Shown: positions 10,774-19,871 of the stretch, piece after piece
Layout of the letters: every line of letters begins with the position of its first letter
Position numbering within the stretch: the first letter of the stretch is position 1
From: an uncultured virus (IMG/VR IMGVR_UViG_3300026522_000029)
Lineage: Duplodnaviria; Heunggongvirae; Uroviricota; Caudoviricetes
IMG/VR virus record: IMGVR_UViG_3300026522_000029
Direction: 5' to 3' (one strand)
DNA length: 20,000 nucleotides
Translations under genes and position numbers: made by a program
The notes under the pieces: generated by a model
The model's input: the letters and a program-made list of their open reading frames with translations, nothing else
Told to the model about the DNA's origin: nothing
Databases searched by the model: none

Positions 10774-11829
10774 TCAACTCCTTATTGTAATATGTTTAAT
10801 ACTATTGCCATATTTTAAATTAAAACCATCTTTATATGATTTCTTTGTTTTTACTGTTATAAAAATACTTTTACCATCAATAGTATAAGAAATTAAATCA
10901 TCGAGGGCGGCGCCGCCTAATGTCTCTACTGACCACGATCCTGTAGTATCATCAGCCGCAGTGTATTTAACTTTTACATCAAATGGAGACAAAATATCTG
11001 GCCCAACAATTTCTTCTACCGACCGCGCCTCTTTATCTTTTTTAATTTTTTGATCTGTTGAAGTATAAGTTTCTTTTACTGCAACTCTAATAATTCCAGT
11101 ATCAGTTTTATTTGAACTTGATCCATAATTATCATTGTAAGCTTGGACTTCCCAAGGCTTACCATTTATATTGACTCTATCAAAACGTTTAAAAAAAGCT
11201 AAAGTAGTTTCATCTTTTGTAATATAAATTAATTTAGTATAATTCATATCATTCCAAACTACACCTTTTTTAACATTCCATAAAATATCTGTCTCATCTG
11301 GGCCAGATGTCCAACCACGATAAATTAGAGGATCGCCCTAACTACCATCTTTCTTTATTGGGATAATTTCAATTTCTTCATCCGCTCGTCGTATTTCTCC
11401 CCTAAAATAAGCTGTTTCTTCTGAATATTGCCTATATACAACCCAATAAGAGTCTGGAATCCATTCCTTTTTATTTGCGTGCCGCCAAATAAAAGTCGTC
11501 CCATTACGAAAATTAGTCTATAATAAATCATTATTATCCTTCACAACGGGATCAACTGAAACACTACATTCTTCAAAAGGAATTGAAATTTCTTTATCTT
11601 CATACTCGACGTGTTGTTTTTCTTTATTAATCAAACATCTAAAAAATGGACTAGTTTGTTTCTCTCCTTCAGAAGGAATATACTTTTGAACAACAGCCGC
11701 CTGATAAGAATAGTATAAAGCTTTTTTCATACTTCTTAATTTATCTTGGCGCATTCTCATCCATTGAGAGCTGTCCCCATCTGCTCCATAATAAGAAATT
11801 CGTTTTTTCATTCTATCAAGACCGTTCAT
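10774..11829 (-). CDS. Hypothetical protein, possibly head closure/stopper with beta-rich C-terminal domain (351 aa, 2 in-frame TAG)
   Basis: ORFs 11518..11829 and 10774..11247 are joined in frame through TAGs 11518-20 and 11338-40; ends TGA. Confidence 0.75.
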
Positions 11830-12136
11830 TTTTTATCACCAACAGATTAAGTAACCCTAGACATTCAAAAATAATTCTTCTATATAACATAAAATCATTG
11901 TCCGAAGTTAGCTCAAAAAGTCCTTCCATTTTTGATAATAATGAAAAATATATATCTTGTTTGTATTTCAACAAACTATTCATTCCGCTTAATTCTTCCA
12001 TAATAGTTTGAAGAGGTTTCTGCCAATCAGATCCCTCTTCTCGCATTGGTAATAATTTATAAGTTTGATTAATAATTCTTTTTAAACTTTTATTTATTAC
12101 AATATTATCTATGTCAATGTTGTACTTAATTTCCAT
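11816..12136 (-). CDS. Hypothetical protein (106 aa)
   Basis: ATG at 12136 (MEIKYNID...) behind a GGAGGAG RBS, overlapping both neighbours; TGA stop; no TAG. Confidence 0.75.
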   Translation of the reverse strand: MEIKYNIDIDNIVINKSLKRIINQTYKLLPMREEGSDWQKPLQTIMEELSGMNSLLKYKQDIYFSLLSKMEGLFELTSDNDFMLYRRIIFECLGLLNLLVIKNERS

Positions 12137-13940
12137 CTTTCTCCTCCGGCAATGGGGCAAGTGGTTCCATAATTTTAGTCATTGAGGAATGAAAAACACC
12201 ATTAACATCTTTAAATCTTCTTTTATACAGTCTTTGTAAATGAAATCCTTCTGCTGTATAATCTTTCTTTAACTGATTTAATTTAGCTAAGTGGTTCGCT
12301 TGGCTTGTGAATTTAAAATCCTGAAGTAGGTTGATGCTGCTACCAACCTAAGCTAGCTTTTTATCTAACTTCTCATATGCTTACTATTCGCATATGTTCG
12401 GCATATCTTTTTATCTTATGATGTCCTAAGATATCGAGTCTCGTGGGAGCTATTTTCTTATGGAATAATATTTTTTTCTTTTTCTTGGCAACCGTAAATA
12501 ATCATTTTCATATAATAGAGCACCTGCTTTTAGAACTTCTTCTTTCTTCCAATACCGTAGTGAATAAGCATTTTTATCTGTATATATTTTTTTAAATGAC
12601 AACCCATACTCATTATGAAGAAAAAGCATAATTTCCTCTAAGAAGTCTTTATTTGCAGAAGTAATATTCCAAAAAAGACTACCATCAATGCACCGCCCTA
12701 AACTTCCATCCCCGTCAAAATATCCTGCTATAAAATCTAGCATATATTCTTTTGGTATATTTGGAAGATGGTGCAATTTAAATGTTTTATTATTTACGAT
12801 ACCATAACTTTCTAATTGTTGTCGAATCTTCTTTGAAGCAAAAGCTAGACTAACTTCTTTATACGTCTTTTCTCCTAAATGAACATCATATTTTGCTATA
12901 TTGCCATTGAATTCTAACTCTTTAGCAATTAAATGTAAAATATCTTCATCTTTTTCAGCTAGAGTAATTACTATTCGGTTTCTTGCCCCTTTTGTAATTG
13001 GCAAATATCCATCTGCCGCAATAAACCCCATTAACCAGGCGCCATTATGGCTTAAAAGATTATAGTCGTCATTAACAGGGAACTTCCTCAAATCTTTTAC
13101 CGTCATAACTTCATGAGCCTCTTGGACATTACGAATATGAACATTATTATCTTTTAGAACGCTTTTTACTTTATCGAAACTAAAGTCTAGATTTAATTCC
13201 CTTACGATCTTATCTAAACCCCAACCCTTATTATATGCTTCAATAATGCGAAGTTGAGTTTCACGAGGAACTTGTATTTTCTTACGACCACCATAAGTTG
13301 GTCTTAATTTAATGCCTTCTTCTTTTAAAATTCTTTTAATAACTTTTGCGTCCCATTTTACTCCAATAGCTCGCTTTACTGCTTCAACACCCATCTTCTC
13401 ATCTACATAAAAATGGACGATTTTTTCTCTCTGCTATTTTGTAACTTTGATCATTTTTCCCATAAGTTTTAATCTCCTATGCTCTGCGCGTGTTTTAACT
13501 TTTAAATTAAAACTTCCGCTCTGATTCGCATTTCAGCATTCCAGTTTCTTACTCGAATTTAACCTATTAATTACTTAATAGGTGACCAATTTTATATTAG
13601 CCCCTGAATATTTCATTCTAGTTAATTCAACAGATGCAAGCTGTTGACCAAGCCAAGCTACAACCATATAAACTGCTAATATATTCTACTCTTCCAGATT
13701 GAGCTTATGTATAAAATAACTAATTATTTCAGTATTGCCATTATCATCTGTCACTTCTTGGTTTAACATATAATCTAATGACACTCTTGGAAATTCAAAA
13801 GAAGGGATAGCAGACAATAATAAATCTTGCGCTGCCACCTAAGTGTCTTCTTTTGTCATTTCCATATAAAAATCATCAGTTATTTTACTAAAAAATATAT
13901 CATATATATCTGAAAAAGGTGTAATATTGCCCATATCCAT
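12126..13940 (-). CDS. Head-tail adaptor-like protein, spliced: exons 13940-13599 and 12320-12126 (178 aa, 1 in-frame TAG); absent from the ORF track
   Basis: GGAGG RBS; MDMGNITPFSDIYDIFLVKITDDFYMEMTKEDT*VAAQDLL...TRMKYSGA/DFKFTSQANHLAKLNQLKK...; TAG at 13839-41; TAA at 12126-28. Adaptor call from size, helical pattern and position after the capsid genes. Confidence 0.8.
12321..13598 (-). mobile_element. Group I intron (1278 nt) carrying a LAGLIDADG ORF
   Basis: P1 GGCU/AAU-auaaa-AUUGGUC; P10 UAAAAUU with 3' exon GAUUUUA; P3 UCGAGU (13556-13551) with ACUCGA (12439-12434); P7 GCAGAGCAUA (13487-13478) with AAGAUAUGCC (12409-12400); terminal G at 12321. Splicing restores KYSGADFKF. Confidence 0.9.
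12411..13463 (-). CDS. Intron-encoded two-motif LAGLIDADG endonuclease with tandem N-terminal helical repeats (350 aa, 3 in-frame TAG)
   Basis: AGGAG RBS 13478-13474, ATG at 13463. TAGs at 13434-36, 12450-52 and 12426-28; TAA at 12411-13. Motifs WLMGFIAADGYL and FIAGYFDGDGSL. Confidence 0.88.
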
Positions 13941-13958
13941 CATCACACCTCCGAATTA

Positions 13959-14552
13959 TCAATTTTTCTTTGCGATAACTTTTACTTGTGGTTTGTCTTC
14001 TACATCAGCCGCAGTAATTATTGGGGCGGCGGCCCGTCTCTTCGTACTCTTTGTAGTAGACTCTTCTATAGATTCGCCTGTATCACCATCAAGTTTAGTT
14101 TCTTTAACTCTAATTGCTGCTTCTACATTAAAACCAGTTTTATCTAGAATAGCTTTTCGTTTTGCTACGTCATTTAATGGAAGATTTACTGCTTCCTCTT
14201 GAATTAAATCAATAACTCCATCTGGAGCAAAATCAAGACAATCAAGAAAAGCATCTAAATTATTTGGTGTTAAAAGAAGTCTCTTAATATCTTCTTCTGT
14301 ATAATAGTATTCTGGTTCAACATCAGGTAAAAGCTCTTTTGCTGCCTCATAGTCTTTAATCACCAGATACTTTTCAAGAATCTTTTCTCCAGCAGGGTCT
14401 GCTGCTACCTTTTCTAGTTCCTCAAATGTAATCTCTTTCGTCTCGCCTGGATGAAAATTTCTATGAGGAATAGCCATATCCTGTACATCATATCCTACTG
14501 TACCAGAATATCTATTTGTAACTTTAATCAATTTATCTTTAGCAACTGCCAT
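13959..14552 (-). CDS. Hypothetical protein downstream of the major capsid gene (197 aa)
   Basis: Intact ORF, AAGGAG RBS, TGA stop, low-complexity charged C-terminus. Confidence 0.8.
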   Translation of the reverse strand: MAVAKDKLIKVTNRYSGTVGYDVQDMAIPHRNFHPGETKEITFEELEKVAADPAGEKILEKYLVIKDYEAAKELLPDVEPEYYYTEEDIKRLLLTPNNLDAFLDCLDFAPDGVIDLIQEEAVNLPLNDVAKRKAILDKTGFNVEAAIRVKETKLDGDTGESIEESTTKSTKRRAAAPIITAADVEDKPQVKVIAKKN

Positions 14553-14580
14553 TTTTTATCTCCTTTTATCTCCATACGAC

Positions 14581-14612
14581 AAATAGGGGGAAGACATATG
14601 TCTTCCCCTTAT
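14581..14612 (-). terminator. Intrinsic terminator after the major capsid gene
   Basis: GGGGAAGAC-ATAT-GTCTTCCCC stem just 3' of the capsid TAA, with a short U-rich tail on the minus strand. Confidence 0.75.
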
Positions 14613-14622
14613 ATAATTTTAA

Positions 14623-15657
14623 TTACTTATTATCACGACTGAGATTTGTATTCTCATATACACAAATACCAGGATTAAACAGATAAGAAGCAACACCGAG
14701 TTTCTGATAAGTCTGAATTTCTCTTGACCAATCACGATTCTCAAAATCTTTAACCTGAGTTGTTCCTTCAAAAGCAACCTTAATAGGTTTCTCAGAGCCA
14801 GAAGGAATAATGTATGCCTTAGATGGATCAATAACCTTCTTAGCGTTATTAACGTCTTCAAAAGACTGAGGAAGAATAATTACGTTATGTCCCTTATAAG
14901 TTGAGAAATAACCATTATTCCATCTCTCCTGTTTCATTTCATTTGAAGCCCATGCAGCATCTGGAATCATCGTAGCTGCGAATTCAAATGTACAGTAAAT
15001 AGTAGACTGACCATATGCATCAGCAGTCTGAAGCAGTCTAACCATTTCACCATCATTGAAAGATGTCTGAGAAGTCTTATTTACAGGCTTGATATCCTTA
15101 GTCATAGCTTCAAGAGCCTTAGCAATCTCACGATAAACAGCTTCATCCATGCCTTCAAGAACAAGGCTGTAGAAGTCATTCATTGTATAACGACCATCAA
15201 GCATCTCTTCCCATTCAATTCTAGCCCCTCCGCCATAAGCACTTGTAGGAACTTCAATCTTATATCCATCAAGCTTAAAAGTCTCATAACGACCAGCCAG
15301 ACCAACTTTAGTAACGAACTGCTTAGCTCTCTTTCTGGAAGCTTCGCTAATTCTTACTTTAAATACCGGAAGTGTACCCTGCGGATATCTCTGAACGTCT
15401 GCAAACTGACCATACTCCTGAAGCACCTTAGTAGGAAGAACCTATGTAAGAGCAACTTCAAGCAACTCAAAAATTGTATTCTTATTTCTATCAAAATCAT
15501 GCGGTGTCTTACCAAGCTCATGAAGCTCATTCATGAAAGTCTTTTCAAGAGCGTCCGCCGTCATATTCTTATTGGCAAAAGTATACGCAACAGAAGGATT
15601 CAAGGAAGCCTTCGCAGCTGCTTTTGCAAGTGCAATCTGATTAGTGCGATCTAACAT
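14623..15657 (-). CDS. Major capsid protein (344 aa, 1 in-frame TAG)
   Basis: ORFs 15442..15657 and 14623..15426 are joined by TAG 15442-44 (FELLEVALT*VLPTKVLQEYGQFADV). Strong AAGGAGG RBS, terminator downstream, and size and position typical of an HK97-fold capsid gene. Confidence 0.88.
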
Positions 15658-15674
15658 CTCTGCTTTCCTCCTTA

Positions 15675-16205
15675 TTACGCAATTCTCTGAAGTTTAACTC
15701 CAGGCTGACCATCCGGCATAGTGTAAACTTTTACTACTTGGAATACTGGGCCATCGGCATTAACTTCTGTAGTAAGATAACCATCTGTTCCAACATAAAC
15801 TTTATCACCCTGATCAAGAGTAATACCTGCAACTTCAGCTTCTTTATCAGTATTTACTCCAAAAGTATTGGTTGTGAAAATATCATTCACATTAATCTCA
15901 ATAAGTCTAGGAGTAATTTCTCCATCGGTATAATTCTTAGCGATCATAGCGAAATCTTTATGACTCTGATATCTTTCATCATAAAGTTTCTCTTCATTAT
16001 AAATCATTAACCAAGGGCCTGCACCAGTAAGATCAACCTTACCATTAGCATAGTCATACTTAGCAAATCTACCCTGCTCAATTACCTTACCCATTGCCTC
16101 GGTATCAACAGGGAGCTGTGCATAAATGCTACCATCAACAATTCCTGTTAAATGGTTAGGTTCTACTTGGCCAAATCCACGTCTTTTAATTTGTGTTGCT
16201 GCCAT
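15675..16205 (-). CDS. Probable capsid decoration/cement protein (176 aa)
   Basis: ATG at 16205 behind GGAGG (MAATQIKRRGFGQVEPNHL...). Beta-rich and Gly-rich; lies between the scaffold and capsid genes. Confidence 0.65.
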   Translation of the reverse strand: MAATQIKRRGFGQVEPNHLTGIVDGSIYAQLPVDTEAMGKVIEQGRFAKYDYANGKVDLTGAGPWLMIYNEEKLYDERYQSHKDFAMIAKNYTDGEITPRLIEINVNDIFTTNTFGVNTDKEAEVAGITLDQGDKVYVGTDGYLTTEVNADGPVFQVVKVYTMPDGQPGVKLQRIA

Positions 16206-16224
16206 TATAGCATCCTCCATTAAA

Positions 16225-17538
16225 TTACATATTGTTTTCTACACTCATAACGGCATTAACCCAATCTGGTGTAGAATCTATACTATTGTTATCCATATTA
16301 ACTATTACATTATCCTGTTTTTCAGATGAAGTATCTAAGCCAAAATTGACACCTTTATGGCATCCAATTACAGCAAGCTTAGCTTCAATATCTTCAAGAG
16401 AATACTCTCTCTTATGCTCAATAACATCCTTCTTATCTTCGTTAGAAAGCATATAAAATTTAGCAATCAGAGCATCTTTTTCTTTATCTTCAGCTTGATT
16501 TTTAAATTCAACAAGCTTATTCATGTCTTCTGACATTGCATTAAATTTATTTTGAAGTTCAGTAAATTTACTCTCTAATTCAGCATATTCTTCATCTGTA
16601 TGGAGAGAATTCTTTGCTGCTGGCTTCTTTTCATCTTCTGTGCCAGTAGAATCATTATTTTCGCTAGGCTGATCGTTTTCTTCCTTTTTATCATCATTAC
16701 TAGCAAATTCTTCTGTGGCAGCAGCAGGATTTTGATTTTCTGTATTAGATTGATTTTCAACAGCACTTTCTTCAACAGAATTGCCCTGTTCTTCAGCTGC
16801 TGTGAATTCTTTCTTCTCTTCTGCCATGTTTTCTCCTTCTTTATAAATAGATTTTAAATCTTCCATCATACTAAATAAGGTACGTTTAAAATCTTTATCT
16901 AATGTGAAATCCTTGCTCACTTTAGGTTCTGTAACACTTGATCCTTCAAAACAAGGTTCTACATCATCACCTAAAACACAAAGTTTAGAAATTACTGCAC
17001 TATTGATAATAAAAAAATCAATTCCAGTATTATCATCAATTGTCCAATGACCGTCTAAAGTTTTATCGTCCAATTCCATCGAATGAGGTTTTCCATCATT
17101 TTCTAAAATTTGGGCGGCTTCCTTAAACTGTCCTGTCCAAAGATACCCTTCTGTCATCAAATAGGTTCTGATGATCTTGTTACCAAAGTCACCTGTTTCT
17201 TCAAAATCTTTAAACCAGACTTTAGAATCTGGAGCAACAAAACCATATGGTTTTGTTTCACACTCAAAATGCACTCCATCTCCATCAATAGTGATTTTTT
17301 CCCCATGATCTCGGAAATCTTCTTTCTCTTCATTGTAATAACCAACAATAGGACAACCTCTTAAGGTCGTTGCCATTTCTTCTGCTGTCTATTTACTAAT
17401 GAAACTGCCATTTCGATTCTTTCCAAGATAAAAAACTTTAATTTCACATTTAGATACTAAAGGAGAAATATCAGTAGATTGCAGATTTATAAATTCGATT
17501 CCATCTACTGTTGGAATACTCATATGCGGTAAACTCAT
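16225..17538 (-). CDS. Prohead protease-scaffold fusion (437 aa, 1 in-frame TAG)
   Basis: ATG at 17538 behind AAGGAG, coupled to the portal stop. GKNRNGSFISK*TAEEMATTLRGCPIVG...DH...SMEL...LCVLGDDVEPCFEGS protease-like N-half, then an acidic linker and coiled-coil C-half. TAG at 17389-91. Confidence 0.82.
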
Positions 17539-17548
17539 TTATATCTCC

Positions 17549-19168
17549 TTATAAAGATTCTCTATTAGCAATTGTTTTATTTGACTTATCTTCATCAGGT
17601 TTTTCGGGGCGGCCCGCGCTTGATGACTCCTCTGAACTTGCCCCTTCGCCGTTACCCGTCAAAGCTGTTAGAGTATCTGCATTCATAGTAGCACTTGTCA
17701 TTGGCGGAACAAATACTTTAATTAAATCTAGAACTTCATTCTCCCAATAAGCAGTCGCCAAAACAGAACTTTCTGATTGACCTAATGCAATAGCAGGCTT
17801 CAATTTACTAAATCCACTTCCAGTTTGATCTTTATACAATTTAGCCAAATCTTGATAGTTCTCGTTAGTAGTAGGTAGAATTTCGGCCATATAATAACAC
17901 TTTTTAGCGTTTCTATTATAGGGTTCTAATAAACTATTAAGAAAAGCTTCAAATTGTTGAATAAGATTATAAATACTAGAAGCATCATTTAAAGAAGAAT
18001 ACTTTAATGCATTATTGCTTGTACTATTAAAATTATTAATTGAAGTTCCAAATTCATCAAAAACAGAATCCTTAACTCTTGTAATATCATCTGATTGAGA
18101 AGTATTGCTCTTATCAGACATATCTGCTACATCGACATCTGCAAAAGTTGTTAATACATCAACACCAATAGCTTTACTTAGCATTTGTACGGCATTATTA
18201 TGTAAAGCCTGTGCCTCATCTACATCAAAAACAGGGTCGCCATTCTTATCTAATGGCATTTTTTGAACCAAGATTCTTAAAAGTTTTTGAGCTATTCTCT
18301 TTTGATCTAATTCTTTTGCAGTATCTAAATCAATAATTGCAGGAATCGCTGCAATAAAGATTGGAGTGTCATCACCATTAATATTAAATTTTATTGTGTT
18401 ATAAGGCGTGAGCATATACCATCCCGCCGTATCTCCAGGAAAATCTGGGACTAAACGACCTTCTTTATACGCCCTATATCCTTTTTTAAATTCCGGTGGA
18501 AAAACATTTAAAATTTTTGTCCTAAGTTCAGTTGTGGGATAAAAATTATCAAAAAAAGCCATATTGAATTCAACAGCTGGCCTACCATTAATGCTAAATC
18601 GAGTACGACAATAATCTGGCGGAAGCTCTTGAATAGAAATTTTGTCATTATTTGAAGTCGTCAAATATCCATAATAACACCCATTTTTGATAACTTTCAA
18701 AGCAGCGTCGCCGCAGAATTTCTTAACATTAAAATCATCAAATTTTTTAAGAATTGTAAAGAAATCTTTTAAATACCGATTTCTACTAGACTCACTTGGT
18801 TCATTATGTGATGGAACAACAACCAAACCTCTATCTACGACTGGCGTTATCATCCAATCATATCTATAAATATAGGCAACGTACCTACAAACTTTATTAT
18901 AAATACCACTAGTTCTATAATAAAAATTTGAAATAGCGCGTTCTTTATTCAAATTGCCATCAGCGATACATTTTACAACATAATCTTTATCACCAAAATT
19001 TTCATTTGCTCTACGATAAGTTCCAAGATTTAAAGTTGCATCTTCAAGAATCTTTAATCCTGCCCTTATCTTTCCGAAATTCATAGGAGTGTACACATCT
19101 TGAGAAGTGCCACTCTAAATATTCATAGCAAAACCTTTTTTATGTATTTCTTCAATTCGATTTATCAA
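17549..19168 (-). CDS. Portal protein (539 aa, 1 in-frame TAG)
   Basis: TTG at 19168 behind AGAGGTG; TAG at 19115-17 (codon 18) extends ORF 17549..19096. Size, position and the C-terminal GRPEKPDEDKS tail are typical of phage portals. Confidence 0.85.
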
Positions 19169-19197
19169 AGTAACACCTCTTCTAATTTTCTCATTTT

Positions 19198-19226
19198 ATT
19201 ATACATAAAATTTTTAATATTGTCAA
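19198..19226 (-). promoter_or_regulatory. Perfect-consensus sigma-A promoter upstream of the portal gene
   Basis: TTGACA (19226-19221), 17-nt spacer, TATAAT (19203-19198). Confidence 0.85.
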
Positions 19227-19236
19227 CATAAATGAA

Positions 19237-19597
19237 TTATTCTCCATAAGCTCTTTTTACAATATAATCATAGCTTATTCTTGATTCATCCGTATATGGA
19301 ATAGCTATTAATTTATATCCATGCTCTTTACAATATTCTCTTTTTTTCATATCATTATATTGTTGCTTACGGAGGCCCTACCAATTACCAAATTTAGACT
19401 TAGGGCAGTAATGCTGTATTCCTTGGTATTCAATTAAGAAATCAATATTTCCTTCATCATCAAACACTGCAAAATCGAAACGAAGCACACGACCCGAGGA
19501 ACTAACTAAATCTGGAAAAGAATACTCCTATGCAAAATCAAACCCTCCTGCCCTAAGGCAATCCTCTATCTTTATCTCACCCACGAGATGCCCTCAT
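19237..19597 (-). CDS. PD-(D/E)xK-like (Vsr/DUF559-type) endonuclease; 2 in-frame TAG and an apparent 1-nt frameshift near the start
   Basis: EIKIEDCLRAGGFDFA*EYSFPDLVSSSGRVLRFDFAVFDDEGNIDFLIEYQGIQHY...FGNW*GLRKQQYNDMKKREYC...LIAIPY. TAGs at 19528-30 and 19378-80; TAA at 19237-39. ATG 19597 (AAGGAG RBS) is one base out of frame at the GGG run 19582-19580. Confidence 0.75.
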
Positions 19598-19744
19598 CTC
19601 ACACCACTCCTTCCTAATGTAACCGCGCAGTTACATCCTCATTATATTTTATAATGACTTCTTTTATATCATTATCCTAACACCATTTAATCTTATATTT
19701 AAATATAAAATTTATAAAATCTAATGTAATAAGATTGTCCAATT

Positions 19745-19773
19745 TTGACATTTATTAAAATTTTTATTATAAT
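19745..19773 (+). promoter_or_regulatory. Perfect-consensus sigma-A promoter, divergent from the structural operon
   Basis: TTGACA (19745-19750), 17-nt spacer, TATAAT (19768-19773). Confidence 0.85.
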
Positions 19774-19871
19774 AAAACCAACAAAAGAAAAACAAAAAGG
19801 CAATCTTATAACTTTATTTCTTAAAAATATTATTATATTATATTAATATAAAAAGAAATGAGGTGATAATT

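Larger units (their letters stand above)
4094..10917. repeat. Dispersed 12-bp palindrome GGCGGCGCCGCC at 4094-4105, 5134-5145 and 10906-10917; partial copy at 8921-8930
   Basis: Exact matches read directly from the sequence, each inside a different CDS. Confidence 0.85.

Noticed and set aside
8562..13463. LAGLIDADG ORFs as inteins
   Set aside because: Both have their own RBS, start and stop, are not fused to a host protein, and lack intein terminal motifs (N-terminal Cys, C-terminal His-Asn).
14619..17348. Short alternative-frame minus ORFs 14619..14861, 16575..16775 and 17157..17348
   Set aside because: Nested out of frame within or overlapping the capsid and protease genes; no independent support.
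1294..18869. Plus-strand ORFs in the supplied track (1294, 1434, 4533, 4745, 5573, 8978, 13927, 14451, 15738, 16126, 16232, 16600, 17110, 17511, 18687)
   Set aside because: Antisense shadows of long minus-strand genes, with no recognisable motifs.
1..19597. Decayed prophage with nonsense-mutated pseudogenes
   Set aside because: Apart from the introns and one frameshift, every interruption is TAG and never TAA or TGA; frames, RBSs and gene junctions are intact.
1..19597. TAGs as G>T sequencing or oxidation artefacts of GAG
   Set aside because: Random G>T damage would also turn the commoner GAA into TAA and GGA into TGA. No such internal stops are seen, and no gene terminates at TAG.
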